This document shows, piece by piece, positions 1 through 8,920 of a DNA stretch of 32,000 nt (position 1 is its first letter; each line of letters begins with the position of its first letter). Below the pieces are notes generated by a model that saw only the letters and a list, made by a program, of their open reading frames with translations, made no database searches and was not told where the DNA came from. The stretch comes from an uncultured bacterium (GTDB lineage: Bacteria; Auribacterota; JACPWU01), in contig CAZXEQ010000002.1 of assembly GCA_964640155.1 (NCBI GenBank), forward strand, positions 60,001 through 92,000. Reading direction: 5' to 3'. A program made the translations under genes and the position numbers.

Positions 1-1031
1 GCCCCTTCATAAAAAGCTTTATACCAGGAAATCGTTTTTTTAATTGAATCTGTAAAATTATACTGAGATTTCCAATGAAGAACTTTTTGAGACTTCGTTG
101 TATCAAGTTTTAATAAATGCGCTTCGTGGGGATGTTTAACTCCATCTATTTTATACTTTCCACTCCCCCAAGTTTGAATGGCTAATTTCACTAATTCCTC
201 CACTGAGGCATGACTCTGACTTCCATCATTTGGACCAAAGTTCCATGCATCCCCATATTGAAGGCCATCTTGATACATCAAAGAACCCAACAAGAGATAT
301 CCTCCCAAAGGGTCCATGACATATTGCCAAGGACGAATGGCTGAAGGATGGCGAATCACAAGGGTTTCGTTCTTTGACAAGGCTCTCACACAATCAGGGA
401 TAATTCTATCTTTACTCCAGTCCCCTCCTCCAATAATATTGCCCGAACGAACAGAAGCTAAGACAACGTCGTGCTTCTTACGATAATCTTCCGGATTAAA
501 AAAAGAGCTGCGATAAGCACTTGTTACAATTTCTGCACATCCCTTACTAGAACTGTAAGGATCATACCCTCCCATGGGGTCTGTCTCTTTATATCCTTGA
601 AGCCATTCTTTATTTTCATAACATTTGTCACTTGTTACAATACAACAAACTTTCACACAAGGCGTTTTCCTAACGGCTTCTAAAACATTGACTGTTCCCA
701 TCACATTTGTTTCATAGGTCATTTTAGGATGATCATAGGAAAAACGAACCAAAGATTGGGCAGCTAAATGAAAAACAAATTCTGGCTGAAATTCATTAAA
801 GATTTTTATCAATCGTTCTTCGTCTCGAATATCAGCTTCTTCGTGGCGTATCCTGTTCTTAAGATCAATCGCCTGAAATAAATTTGGATCTGTTGATGGC
901 CCCAAAGCATATCCTAAAACTTGTGCCCCTAATTCACTCAACCATAAGGAAAGCCAACTTCCCTTAAAACCCGTATGTCCAGTAACTAAAACTTTCTTAT
1001 TCTTATAAATAGACCCCAAGGACTCACCCAT
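1..1031 (-). CDS. rfbG: CDP-glucose 4,6-dehydratase (C-terminal end lies beyond the window edge)
   Basis: The gene runs off the window edge, so it is absent from the ORF track. My translation of the minus strand from the ATG at 1029-1031 gives MGESLGSIYKNKKVLVTGHTGFKGSWLSLWLSELGAQVLGYALG..., and further on ...DPMGGYDPYSSSKG.... These are the TGHTGFKGSW Rossmann N-terminus and YxxxK motif typical of CDP-glucose 4,6-dehydratases. It overlaps the next ORF by 8 nt, and an rfbF-like gene lies in the same operon. Confidence 0.85.
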   Translation of the reverse strand, partial: MGESLGSIYKNKKVLVTGHTGFKGSWLSLWLSELGAQVLGYALGPSTDPNLFQAIDLKNRIRHEEADIRDEERLIKIFNEFQPEFVFHLAAQSLVRFSYDHPKMTYETNVMGTVNVLEAVRKTPCVKVCCIVTSDKCYENKEWLQGYKETDPMGGYDPYSSSKGCAEIVTSAYRSSFFNPEDYRKKHDVVLASVRSGNIIGGGDWSKDRIIPDCVRALSKNETLVIRHPSAIRPWQYVMDPLGGYLLLGSLMYQDGLQYGDAWNFGPNDGSQSHASVEELVKLAIQTWGSGKYKIDGVKHPHEAHLLKLDTTKSQKVLHWKSQYNFTDSIKKTISWYKAFYEG

Positions 1032-1482
1032 GTTTTAAACTCCAATCATACGGAATCTCTTTGGTGAAAGGATCCTTCCTTGTAATTTCATGAGGATCAT
1101 GCGGAATAGTCGAACAATTAGCAACAATAGCTGGATTTACTCCAATATTTTTAAAACCATTCCAAATTCCAGGAGGGATTTTAACCAGGCTATAATTCTC
1201 CTCACCAATAAAAAGTTCTATAAGATTTCCTTGAGTCTTAGAATCCTTTCTATCATCGTAGAGCGCTAATTTTATCATTCCTTGAACCACTGCATAATTG
1301 AGAGTCATTTTCTGATGCAAATGCCATCCTTTGATCACTTCAGGATAAGCCACTGAGAAATAAATCTCTCCAAATTTCTCAAAGAGAGAATCATCGCATC
1401 TGAGCATATGATAGATACTGCCCCTCTCATCCGGAATTTTTCTCAAAGGTTTTACCACAACCCCTTCAATGCTATTGTTCAC
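1024..1482 (-). CDS. small cupin-fold NDP-4-keto-6-deoxyhexose epimerase/isomerase (RmlC-like short form)
   Basis: 152-aa ORF with a GTG start preceded by AGGAGG. The cupin-like strands (...VIKGWHLHQ..., ...IPPGIWNGF...) resemble RmlC-type 3,5-epimerases or sugar ketoisomerases. It sits between the dehydratase and an SDR. Confidence 0.65.
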   Translation of the reverse strand: MNNSIEGVVVKPLRKIPDERGSIYHMLRCDDSLFEKFGEIYFSVAYPEVIKGWHLHQKMTLNYAVVQGMIKLALYDDRKDSKTQGNLIELFIGEENYSLVKIPPGIWNGFKNIGVNPAIVANCSTIPHDPHEITRKDPFTKEIPYDWSLKHG

Positions 1483-2455
1483 ATTTCCCTCCTGCCTTTG
1501 CTAAATATTCTTTGAACCATGTAATGGTAAGATTCAATCCATTTTCTAGAATTTTAACTTCTGGTTCCCATCCTAAAACCTTTTTGGTTTTACTGATATC
1601 TGCACAAGCAAAACCAACTTCATTCTTTCTACTGGAAATAGCACCCCACAAAGGATTCAATTTACTATCCAAAATTTCTTTTATTCTCTCCACTACTTTT
1701 CTAATAGTAACCACCTGTCCTGTGCCTATGTTAAAAATCTCATGACCATTTAATATAGGAGACAAAGATAAAGCTTTCATATAAGCATTAACAATATCTC
1801 CAACATAAACAAAATCCCATTCTTGAGTGCCTAATGTCATTTTGGGTGCTTTTTCATCTAAAAAAGACTGAATAACATATGGAATCAGTCGTCTCTTATG
1901 ATCCTCAGGTCCATAAGGAGGGAAAAGGCGAAACGTCATGATATTCAACCCATACTTCTGAGCATAAAAACTGCAAGCCTCCTCAGCACTGCATTTACTG
2001 AGGGCATACAGATTAAAAGGCTCCAAATCATTCGTTTCTTTTAATTTCTGTTTACTTTCCTTATAAACAAAAAGAGTGCTGGTATTGATAAAAGCTTTCG
2101 TCTGAATTGCCCTTGAAGCCTCTAACAAATTAATCGTTCCAAGTACATTTGTTTTAATTATTTCGGAAACTTCATGCGGTTGATGATCTACAGCATAATA
2201 GGTTGCCAAATGGCAAACAGCTTCAGGTTTGAAATCATTAAAAGCATCAAAAACTTCTTTTGTATCCTGTAAATCTGCTTCAAAAACAATCAGTTTCTTT
2301 AATACATCTTCAATTCTTCTAAGATCCGATTTTCCTCTCTTAAGAATCCCAACCTCATAGTGTTCTTCTATTAATTTACGAATGAGATGAGATCCAATAA
2401 AACCATTCGCTCCCGTCACTAAGACTTTTTTGACCAAAGTTTCCTTCTTAATCAT
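1472..2455 (-). CDS. NAD(P)-dependent epimerase/dehydratase-family SDR (probable NDP-4-ketohexose reductase/epimerase)
   Basis: 327 aa with a VLVTGANGFIGSHL Rossmann motif and a YALSK (YxxxK) catalytic motif. It overlaps the downstream ORF by 11 nt. Confidence 0.8.
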   Translation of the reverse strand: MIKKETLVKKVLVTGANGFIGSHLIRKLIEEHYEVGILKRGKSDLRRIEDVLKKLIVFEADLQDTKEVFDAFNDFKPEAVCHLATYYAVDHQPHEVSEIIKTNVLGTINLLEASRAIQTKAFINTSTLFVYKESKQKLKETNDLEPFNLYALSKCSAEEACSFYAQKYGLNIMTFRLFPPYGPEDHKRRLIPYVIQSFLDEKAPKMTLGTQEWDFVYVGDIVNAYMKALSLSPILNGHEIFNIGTGQVVTIRKVVERIKEILDSKLNPLWGAISSRKNEVGFACADISKTKKVLGWEPEVKILENGLNLTITWFKEYLAKAGGKCEQ

Positions 2456-3230
2456 TCCAAACCTTCCAAAAAGCCTTATTCTCCTTCCATAATTTTTCTA
2501 AATAATTTACATCTCTCAAAGTATCCATACAGGCCCATTGTCCTTTAAAGTCGTACACCATAAGCTGCCCGTCTCTAGCTACCTGTTCTAAAGGACCAAT
2601 CTCAAAATCGCAAGTGTCATCTTCAGACAAATAATTAAAAATCCTATGATCAAAAACAAAAAATCCACCATTAATCAATCCTTCAGACAGCTGAGGTTTC
2701 TCTGTAAAAGAAAGAACTTGATGACCTTTGACTACCAATTCACCAAAGCGAGAAGGGGGGCGCATTCCTGCCACTGTCCCAATTCGACCATGTTCCCTAT
2801 GAAATTTCAGAAGATCCTTTAAATTAATATCTGCAACACCATCTCCATATGTCACCATAAACAAATCATCATCAAGATATTTCTGTACTTTCTTTATTCT
2901 TGCCCCTTTTAAAGCCTGTTTCCCTGTATCTACAAGTGTTATTCGCCAACCCACCTCATTGTGACTATGATGAATTTCAAGAGTTTTATGATCTCCTAAT
3001 TCTATCGTAAAATTATTGTTTAAAATTTCATAATTATAGAAATAACTTTTTATTGTCTCTCCCTTATACCCTAAACAAACAACAAAATCTTTAAATCCAT
3101 AATAAGAATAAATTTTCATAATATGCCAAAGCACTGGACGATCCCCAATCTCAACCATAGGCTTTGGTTTTAACAAGGTTTCTTCACTTAATCGCGTTCC
3201 CAATCCCCCAGCAAGAATAACAACTTTCAT
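2448..3230 (-). CDS. rfbF: glucose-1-phosphate cytidylyltransferase
   Basis: 260 aa. MKVVILAGGLGTRLSEETLLKPKPMVEIG...LWHIMKIYSYYG...VVCLGYKG matches the RfbF/DdhA signature. It overlaps the downstream SDR by 8 nt. Confidence 0.85.
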   Translation of the reverse strand: MKVVILAGGLGTRLSEETLLKPKPMVEIGDRPVLWHIMKIYSYYGFKDFVVCLGYKGETIKSYFYNYEILNNNFTIELGDHKTLEIHHSHNEVGWRITLVDTGKQALKGARIKKVQKYLDDDLFMVTYGDGVADINLKDLLKFHREHGRIGTVAGMRPPSRFGELVVKGHQVLSFTEKPQLSEGLINGGFFVFDHRIFNYLSEDDTCDFEIGPLEQVARDGQLMVYDFKGQWACMDTLRDVNYLEKLWKENKAFWKVWND

Positions 3231-3285
3231 CGTATGTACTTATCCTCTTAAAAGCTTCTGGCAAAAAATGAGCCATCACCGGTTT

Positions 3286-4305
3286 CTATAACACTAAATG
3301 GGACAAAACTAAATCTGCCTCTTTTTTTAGTTTTTTAAACATGATGTTTCTCTTAAAAAAATCAATCCCTCTTATTAAAAGAGTCCGAGGAACAAGCATA
3401 CTCCCCATGCTGTAAATCCAAAATCGAAAATTAAAAAGATTCTGCCAGCGATATTTTAAAAGCACATAAATTTCTCTCAATAGAATTCTATAAGAAGCGT
3501 AATTCTTAAGTTGTGCAAGCCCCACAAGATTATTTGTTGTAATATATCGAATACATTGTCTACGAAGACTTTCACATTCATCCCCTGCATACACAGTATT
3601 AAACATTTTTATCCAACTCATAGTCGGAGAAATATCATAAATTTGAGGTCTATGCCGCGTCATACTACTTTCAATACGAACAGCCACTGTATAATCCTTC
3701 AAATAAACAATTTTATATTTCTTGAGAATAGAGGCAAAGGGATAGATATGAGCTGGAAATATCTCTTCATGAAAGGGAATATCTATACAGCTCTTACGAT
3801 ACGCAAGTCCAGAAAGCTGTCCTGCTGATTCAAAAATAGAATTAATTACTTTTTGTCCTTCAAAAACAGAAAGAATACTGTCTTTTTTCGAGTTGAAAGG
3901 GCGTACAACCCTCACAGGATTTTCTACACCGTCATAAAACCAATAATAGGGTCTGGTAACAACACCAATATCATTTCCTAAATCAAAAGCTTTTACTGTC
4001 TTATCCAAAGTATCTTTTAAAAGAATATCGTCATGCCCTAAAAGAAAAATAAATTCTCCTCTAGCTTTTTCAAAGCATGCATTCAAATTATTACCATACC
4101 CCAAGTTCTTAGAATTTCTAAAATATCGTATGGATGAAGATGGAAGCATTTTCACAACTTCTGCGGTATCATCTGTCGAACAATCATCTCCCACAATAAT
4201 TTCATAATCCTTGAAACTCTGAGCTAAAACACTTGTAATCGTTGGACCAATCAATGAAGCTCCATTATAAGTCGGAATTAAAATGCTTAGTTTTGGATCA
4301 TTCAT
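3286..4305 (-). CDS. GT2-family glycosyltransferase
   Basis: 339 aa with the GT-A N-terminus LSILIPTYNG...YEIIVGDDCSTDDT. GAGGA lies upstream of the ATG. Confidence 0.8.
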   Translation of the reverse strand: MNDPKLSILIPTYNGASLIGPTITSVLAQSFKDYEIIVGDDCSTDDTAEVVKMLPSSSIRYFRNSKNLGYGNNLNACFEKARGEFIFLLGHDDILLKDTLDKTVKAFDLGNDIGVVTRPYYWFYDGVENPVRVVRPFNSKKDSILSVFEGQKVINSIFESAGQLSGLAYRKSCIDIPFHEEIFPAHIYPFASILKKYKIVYLKDYTVAVRIESSMTRHRPQIYDISPTMSWIKMFNTVYAGDECESLRRQCIRYITTNNLVGLAQLKNYASYRILLREIYVLLKYRWQNLFNFRFWIYSMGSMLVPRTLLIRGIDFFKRNIMFKKLKKEADLVLSHLVL

Positions 4306-5441
4306 ACAAAAATCTCTTTTTTTTGAAAAGCGCTGCTTATCAAATTAAATTCCCGCTCGGCAATTTCATCCCAATCATATTTTTTTGAAATATTGCTCGT
4401 TTCTTTAGCAATTTTTTCGTGTAAAGAAGAATCGTTCAACAAACTTAAGATAGCACCAGAAAAATTTTCTTGATCCCCCATAAGAACTCTCAACATCCCT
4501 TTTGGGAAAACTTCTCTAAAAACTGGCAAATCCCAAGCTACAGCAGGAAGGCCACATGCCATTGCCTCTAAAATGACTATTCCAAATCCTTCTTCTCTAC
4601 TGGCTAAAACAAAAATCTTACTTGATTTTAGAATTTTATGGACTTCAGAATCATCCAAGTATCCTAAAACATCAATACAGTTCTGTAAACCTAACTTTTG
4701 AATATGATTTTTTAAATCTTGTTTTACTTTCTCTGATCCTCCTCCAATCATTGCAAGTTTATATCCTGGCCTGTCCTTACAAACCAACTTCCATATTTCA
4801 ACTAATTCAAAGATTCCCTTAGAAGGATGAAGCCTACTTAAAGAAACTGCATCGTATTTTAAACCAGGGGTACAATCAATATTTTGAAAATGAGCTAGAT
4901 CAATTCCTGGATAATTTACTTCGATTTTTTCTTTTTTGAAGCCCAAACTTATAAGTTCTTCCTTTAACAATTGATTATCCACAATAATAAGATCTGCTAA
5001 TTTCTTTATTAAAAAAAAACTGAACTTCTGTGCAAAACAGGAGACTTTTCGAGCTTTAGGAATTAAATGAAAAATTCGTTGAACCCAAAGCACCTTTTTT
5101 TTAAGTCTTATTTTGAATAAAAATGCAGGCAGGACATCTGGCAAAAAATCAGAAGTTGAATAGACAACATCCTCTTTTCCTACTTTCAAGCCTAACCCAA
5201 AAACTTTCAAAATCCTTTTCAGATAAATCCAAGCAACATTTTTAAAAATAGTTTCTTTCGTCGTAGTTCTAAAATCTGCTTCAAGTCCTCTTGCCCGACA
5301 AATCTCTTGCCCCATTTGAGACGTAACAACAATCTTTTGAAAATCTTTGATTCTTTTGGCAATCTCGATAAAACAAGCATCTCCACCGCTCATGCCTTGA
5401 GAATAGGAATTTATGAAAGCAACCAATCGTCTTTTAACCAT
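4302..5441 (-). CDS. GT4-family (GT-B fold) glycosyltransferase
   Basis: 379 aa with the C-terminal motif REEGFGIVILEAMACGLPAVAWD typical of GT4. A 4-nt ATGA-type overlap joins it to the downstream GT2. Confidence 0.8.
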   Translation of the reverse strand: MVKRRLVAFINSYSQGMSGGDACFIEIAKRIKDFQKIVVTSQMGQEICRARGLEADFRTTTKETIFKNVAWIYLKRILKVFGLGLKVGKEDVVYSTSDFLPDVLPAFLFKIRLKKKVLWVQRIFHLIPKARKVSCFAQKFSFFLIKKLADLIIVDNQLLKEELISLGFKKEKIEVNYPGIDLAHFQNIDCTPGLKYDAVSLSRLHPSKGIFELVEIWKLVCKDRPGYKLAMIGGGSEKVKQDLKNHIQKLGLQNCIDVLGYLDDSEVHKILKSSKIFVLASREEGFGIVILEAMACGLPAVAWDLPVFREVFPKGMLRVLMGDQENFSGAILSLLNDSSLHEKIAKETSNISKKYDWDEIAEREFNLISSAFQKKEIFV

Positions 5442-5476
5442 TCAACATCTTATCGTAAAAAATTTGTCGAGTTTGT

Positions 5477-6145
5477 TCACTTTATACAGCGTGTCCCAAT
5501 ATTAATATAGAACTGTCCTGCTCTCTCTCCATATTGATCAAGACGTCTAAGCATTGAATGAGTAAAAGAGAGTTGAAATGGAAAGAGATGAAAACCAAAA
5601 TACTTTTGAACAGAAAAGCTTATTGCGCCCAACTTTCTGTACAATGTTCTATAACCCATCCAATTTTCCAATCCATTGTAGGGTCTCAGCTTTAGAAAAT
5701 TTGCGAGATGACACGACCATTTCCAGAAGCGATTTGGTACAGTCAGGGCTAATGTCCCACCAGGCTTCAATATCCGATATAGTTCTTCAATCGCTTTAAA
5801 AGGATCAGGGGTATGCTCAATTACTTCTGAACAAACAATCAAATCAAATGTATTTTCTTTAAAGGGAATATCCAGAGCAGAAGCTACAACTAATTCACTC
5901 TTACATTTCTTAGATACTTTTTTTAATAATTGAGGGCCTAAATCTATTGATATTACGTTTGCCCCTCTTTCATAAGCCCATCTAGAAAAATGCCCCGTAC
6001 CACATTTTAAACCACGAATATTGGCAGGCAAAAGTTCCTCAAACACGATTTTCAATCGAGTATGAAGGTCATATTTATTCATTTTAACATCAAAATCATT
6101 AGCAAATTTTTCGTAAAACATCTCTTTATCAAAGAATTTTTTCAT
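5477..6145 (-). CDS. class I SAM-dependent methyltransferase
   Basis: The ORF track gives 5477..6265, but that start would overlap the upstream gene by 88 nt. An internal ATG at 6143-6145 is preceded by AAGGAAG and gives MKKFFDKE.... Motifs CGTGHFS, DLIVCSEVIEHTPDP and LKPGGTLALTVPN are Methyltransf_11/23-like. Motif I looks slightly degenerate (LKCGTG instead of LDxGCGxG). Confidence 0.7.
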   Translation of the reverse strand: MKKFFDKEMFYEKFANDFDVKMNKYDLHTRLKIVFEELLPANIRGLKCGTGHFSRWAYERGANVISIDLGPQLLKKVSKKCKSELVVASALDIPFKENTFDLIVCSEVIEHTPDPFKAIEELYRILKPGGTLALTVPNRFWKWSCHLANFLKLRPYNGLENWMGYRTLYRKLGAISFSVQKYFGFHLFPFQLSFTHSMLRRLDQYGERAGQFYINIGTRCIK

Positions 6146-6177
6146 GCACTTCCTTACTATAAAATAGTTCTTATTAA

Positions 6178-7077
6178 CTATCTTTTTTGAACGATGATAA
6201 ACATAATATCCCAAAGATTCATGGGAAGGACTATCTTGCTTAATGATTTCCTTAAACTTGACCATTTAAGATAAATTTGTCCTAAATTAAAAGATTTAAT
6301 TAATCTTTCCAAGAGATAATCAATCGTAAAATGAGCAGATGGGTAAGAAACAGATACAACACTAAATCCTTCTTTCTGAAGCAGATCAATAAGACCCTCT
6401 TTAGAAAAAAAATATAAATGGTCTGGCAATGTCATTAAATGCCATTTTTTACCACAAAACCGTGCACAAAGACTTGAAATATCTCCTGTTGTTAGAATTA
6501 ACATCCCGCTAGATCTAAGGAGACGATAGGTTTCTTTGACAATGCTAACAGGATCTATAAGATGCTCGATCGTATCGAACATTGTAATCACGTCAAAAGA
6601 TCCTGACTCAAAAATACCTGGCCGAAACTCCCCTTGAAATACATTTAAACCTAAAGTATTTTTTGCATAGTCTACTGATTGCCGAGAAATCTCAATACCC
6701 GTCACTTTAAAGTAATCTTGAGCAAGTTTCAGAAAGAATCCTGGGCCACAACCAATATCAAGTAAATTTCTTTCTTTAAGATATTCCTTGGATTCTAAAC
6801 AATTAAGAATTTTTTTTAAACGTTTATGAAAAGTCTTTTCAAATGCATCTTTAGAAGCATAGTAGTCGTCATATCCTGTTAAAATTTTATTTTTATCTGT
6901 ACGTTTATGATAATCTTCCTCATAAAGATTAACGAGATTCATCGGAAGATTAGATTGATCTAGAAATCCATTACCACAAGAATTACATCGATAAATCTTA
7001 AACCCATCTTTTTCACAATAGAGATCAATTTGTATATTTCTACAAAGCCGACAGGAAATTCCTTCAAAACTGTTCAC
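6178..7077 (-). CDS. SAM-dependent methyltransferase with N-terminal zinc ribbon
   Basis: 299 aa with a GTG start and AAGGGA upstream. It has a CRLC...CNSCG zinc ribbon, the LLDIGCGPGFFL motif I, FDVITMFDTIEHLIDP and SSGMLILTT. Confidence 0.75.
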   Translation of the reverse strand: MNSFEGISCRLCRNIQIDLYCEKDGFKIYRCNSCGNGFLDQSNLPMNLVNLYEEDYHKRTDKNKILTGYDDYYASKDAFEKTFHKRLKKILNCLESKEYLKERNLLDIGCGPGFFLKLAQDYFKVTGIEISRQSVDYAKNTLGLNVFQGEFRPGIFESGSFDVITMFDTIEHLIDPVSIVKETYRLLRSSGMLILTTGDISSLCARFCGKKWHLMTLPDHLYFFSKEGLIDLLQKEGFSVVSVSYPSAHFTIDYLLERLIKSFNLGQIYLKWSSLRKSLSKIVLPMNLWDIMFIIVQKR

Positions 7078-7095
7078 AATATTCCCTTTTCAAAA

Positions 7096-8034
7096 CTAAC
7101 TCTCGTTCAATGATTCTTCTTTTACAATAAAATCGGGTCTTTGTTTGGTTTGCGCATAAGTACGCCCTATGTACTCTCCCAAAATTCCTATCCCAATTAA
7201 TTGAACAGATCCTAAGAATAAAATACTTACAGTCAATGTTGCCCAACCAGGCGGAAATAAGATTTTAGCAGAAGAAAAAAAACCCATAACAACTAGCATT
7301 ATCATGAATACTGCATACATAACACATAAAAAAGCAATGAGTAGTCCTGTCCATAAAAAAACTCTAAGGGGAATCGTCGAAAAAGAGAAAATGCCATCCA
7401 GAGCAAAACCTAAATAATTTTTAAGAGAGAATTTTGATTCCCCTCTTTTTCGAGCCTCAACTTTATATTCTAAAGCTATTTTTTGAAAGCCTACCCAATC
7501 CACTAATCCTCTTAAGAATTTATGCCTTTCAGGAATACGATTAAGCGTATCCACCACTTTACGATCTAACAATCTGAAATCAGATTGTCCTCTTGAAAGA
7601 TCTAATTCGGACATGAAACTCATCAAACGGTAAAATATTTTTGAGAAAGAAGAATATCTTTGATGTTCCCCTGAAGCTTTGACGGTATAAACAATTTCAT
7701 GACCCTTCTTCCAAAGTCTAATCATCTGAGGAATAAGCTCAGGAGGATGCTGTAAATCCCCATCCAAAGAAATGACTGCATCTCCAGAAGCATAGGCAAG
7801 GCCAGCAAGAAGCGCCCCTTGATGACCAAAATTTCTTGAAAGGCTTAAAAATTTTATACGGCCATCTTTCTTTCTTAATTCTTTAATAGTCAAAAGAGAG
7901 TTATCCGTACTCCCATTATCTATAAGAATCAATTCAAAACTATCCTCCATATATGAAAGAGTTTTTACAACTCTCTCATATAGCTCAAGCAAATTTTCTG
8001 CCTCATTATAAATAGGAGAAATAAGGGAAATCAT
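7096..8034 (-). CDS. polyprenyl-phosphate glycosyltransferase (GT2; GtrB/ArnC/DPM1/CsbB-like)
   Basis: 312 aa with ISLISPIYNEAENL...LILIDNGSTDNS and ISLDGDLQHPP. Two C-terminal hydrophobic helices follow (LRVFLWTGLLIAFLCVMYAVFMIMLVV and ATLTVSILFLGSVQLIGIGILGEYIGR). This is the hallmark layout of lipid-phosphate sugar-charging GT2 enzymes. Confidence 0.75.
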   Translation of the reverse strand: MISLISPIYNEAENLLELYERVVKTLSYMEDSFELILIDNGSTDNSLLTIKELRKKDGRIKFLSLSRNFGHQGALLAGLAYASGDAVISLDGDLQHPPELIPQMIRLWKKGHEIVYTVKASGEHQRYSSFSKIFYRLMSFMSELDLSRGQSDFRLLDRKVVDTLNRIPERHKFLRGLVDWVGFQKIALEYKVEARKRGESKFSLKNYLGFALDGIFSFSTIPLRVFLWTGLLIAFLCVMYAVFMIMLVVMGFFSSAKILFPPGWATLTVSILFLGSVQLIGIGILGEYIGRTYAQTKQRPDFIVKEESLNES

Positions 8035-8039
8035 AGAGG

Positions 8040-8909
8040 TTAAAATAATTTTCCTATCTTCATATTAGAAATCATTTCTTTTAAGCCCTTATCTAAAGAA
8101 TACTTTGGTTTCCAATTAAATGTCTTCTTAACGAGATCTGTATTAACGGTGCAATCAAGAATATCTGCCTTTCTGCGCTGAGACATCACTTGAACAGGTC
8201 TTTTTTCCCCAACTAAATCACGAACCATATGGGCTACTTCTAAATTCGAATAACTTTTCCCATATCCCACATTGTAAATTCCTGTTTTCACAGGGTTTGT
8301 AAGGAGAATTTTTTCGATTAAAGAACAAAAGTCTTTACCATAAAGGTAATCCCTTTTGGGCTCAGGATCGTTGATCATCAAAGAAAGTCTTTTTCGGGCC
8401 AATTCTAACAAATCCGAGATAAGTCGACCAGGTATAGAATGCAAGCCATAAACATGAAACCCTCTTAGGATGACTAAAGGCATATTTGTAAAAGAAGCGA
8501 TTTGTCTACAAAGATCCTCACAGATTATCTTGCTTCCCATATAGGGATTGGCCGCATGCACAGGGTGAAGTTCATCAATAGGAAGGTATTGTGGGACTCC
8601 ATAAGCATACGAACTCATAAATAGAAATGCAGCTTTGGACTTTTGAGCAATTTCTAATGCCTTTAGCGTCACTCCAATGTTATTTTGATAAAAAAGAAGC
8701 GGATCTTTTTGGCTTTTTTCAATCGATGTTTTTGCAGCAAAATGCAAAATCCAATCTAACTTTTCAGGCAACCGTGTTTCTGTTTTTTTTTCTTCGCTAG
8801 AATCTCTTAAATAAGAATCTAATGAAAAGACCTCATGCTGTTTCTCTAATAGATAACTCAAAACACAAGAACCTAGTGCACCCGAAGACCCCGTAATTGC
8901 AATTTTCAT
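8040..8909 (-). CDS. NAD(P)-dependent SDR (RmlD/reductase-like)
   Basis: The track ORF begins at a TTG (8916-8918). The ATG at 8907-8909 gives MKIAITGSSGALG (Rossmann fold). A YMGSK YxxxK motif is present. Confidence 0.7.
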   Translation of the reverse strand: MKIAITGSSGALGSCVLSYLLEKQHEVFSLDSYLRDSSEEKKTETRLPEKLDWILHFAAKTSIEKSQKDPLLFYQNNIGVTLKALEIAQKSKAAFLFMSSYAYGVPQYLPIDELHPVHAANPYMGSKIICEDLCRQIASFTNMPLVILRGFHVYGLHSIPGRLISDLLELARKRLSLMINDPEPKRDYLYGKDFCSLIEKILLTNPVKTGIYNVGYGKSYSNLEVAHMVRDLVGEKRPVQVMSQRRKADILDCTVNTDLVKKTFNWKPKYSLDKGLKEMISNMKIGKLF

Positions 8910-8920
8910 AATGATCAAGA

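Noticed and set aside
471-683. 70-aa plus-strand ORF, plus similar antisense ORFs elsewhere (1512..1745, 3511..3828, 4622..4822, 5307..5510, 5578..5799, 9203..9427, 16581..16829, 17388..17597, 18507..18822, 22330..22925, 23175..23636, 24505..24690, 27564..28962 off-frame, 30371..30595, 30944..31198).
   Set aside because: All lie antisense to, or out of frame within, well-supported genes carrying clear family motifs. None has an RBS or a recognisable domain.
5477-6265. Long form of the methyltransferase ORF starting at the ATG at 6265.
   Set aside because: It would overlap the upstream gene by 88 nt. The internal ATG at 6145 has a good AAGGAAG site and removes the overlap. The long form cannot be excluded without proteomics.
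7064-7246. 60-aa minus-strand ORF spanning the junction of the GT2 gene (7096..8034) and the methyltransferase gene (6178..7077).
   Set aside because: It overlaps the C-terminus of the GT2 in another frame, and there is no independent evidence for it.
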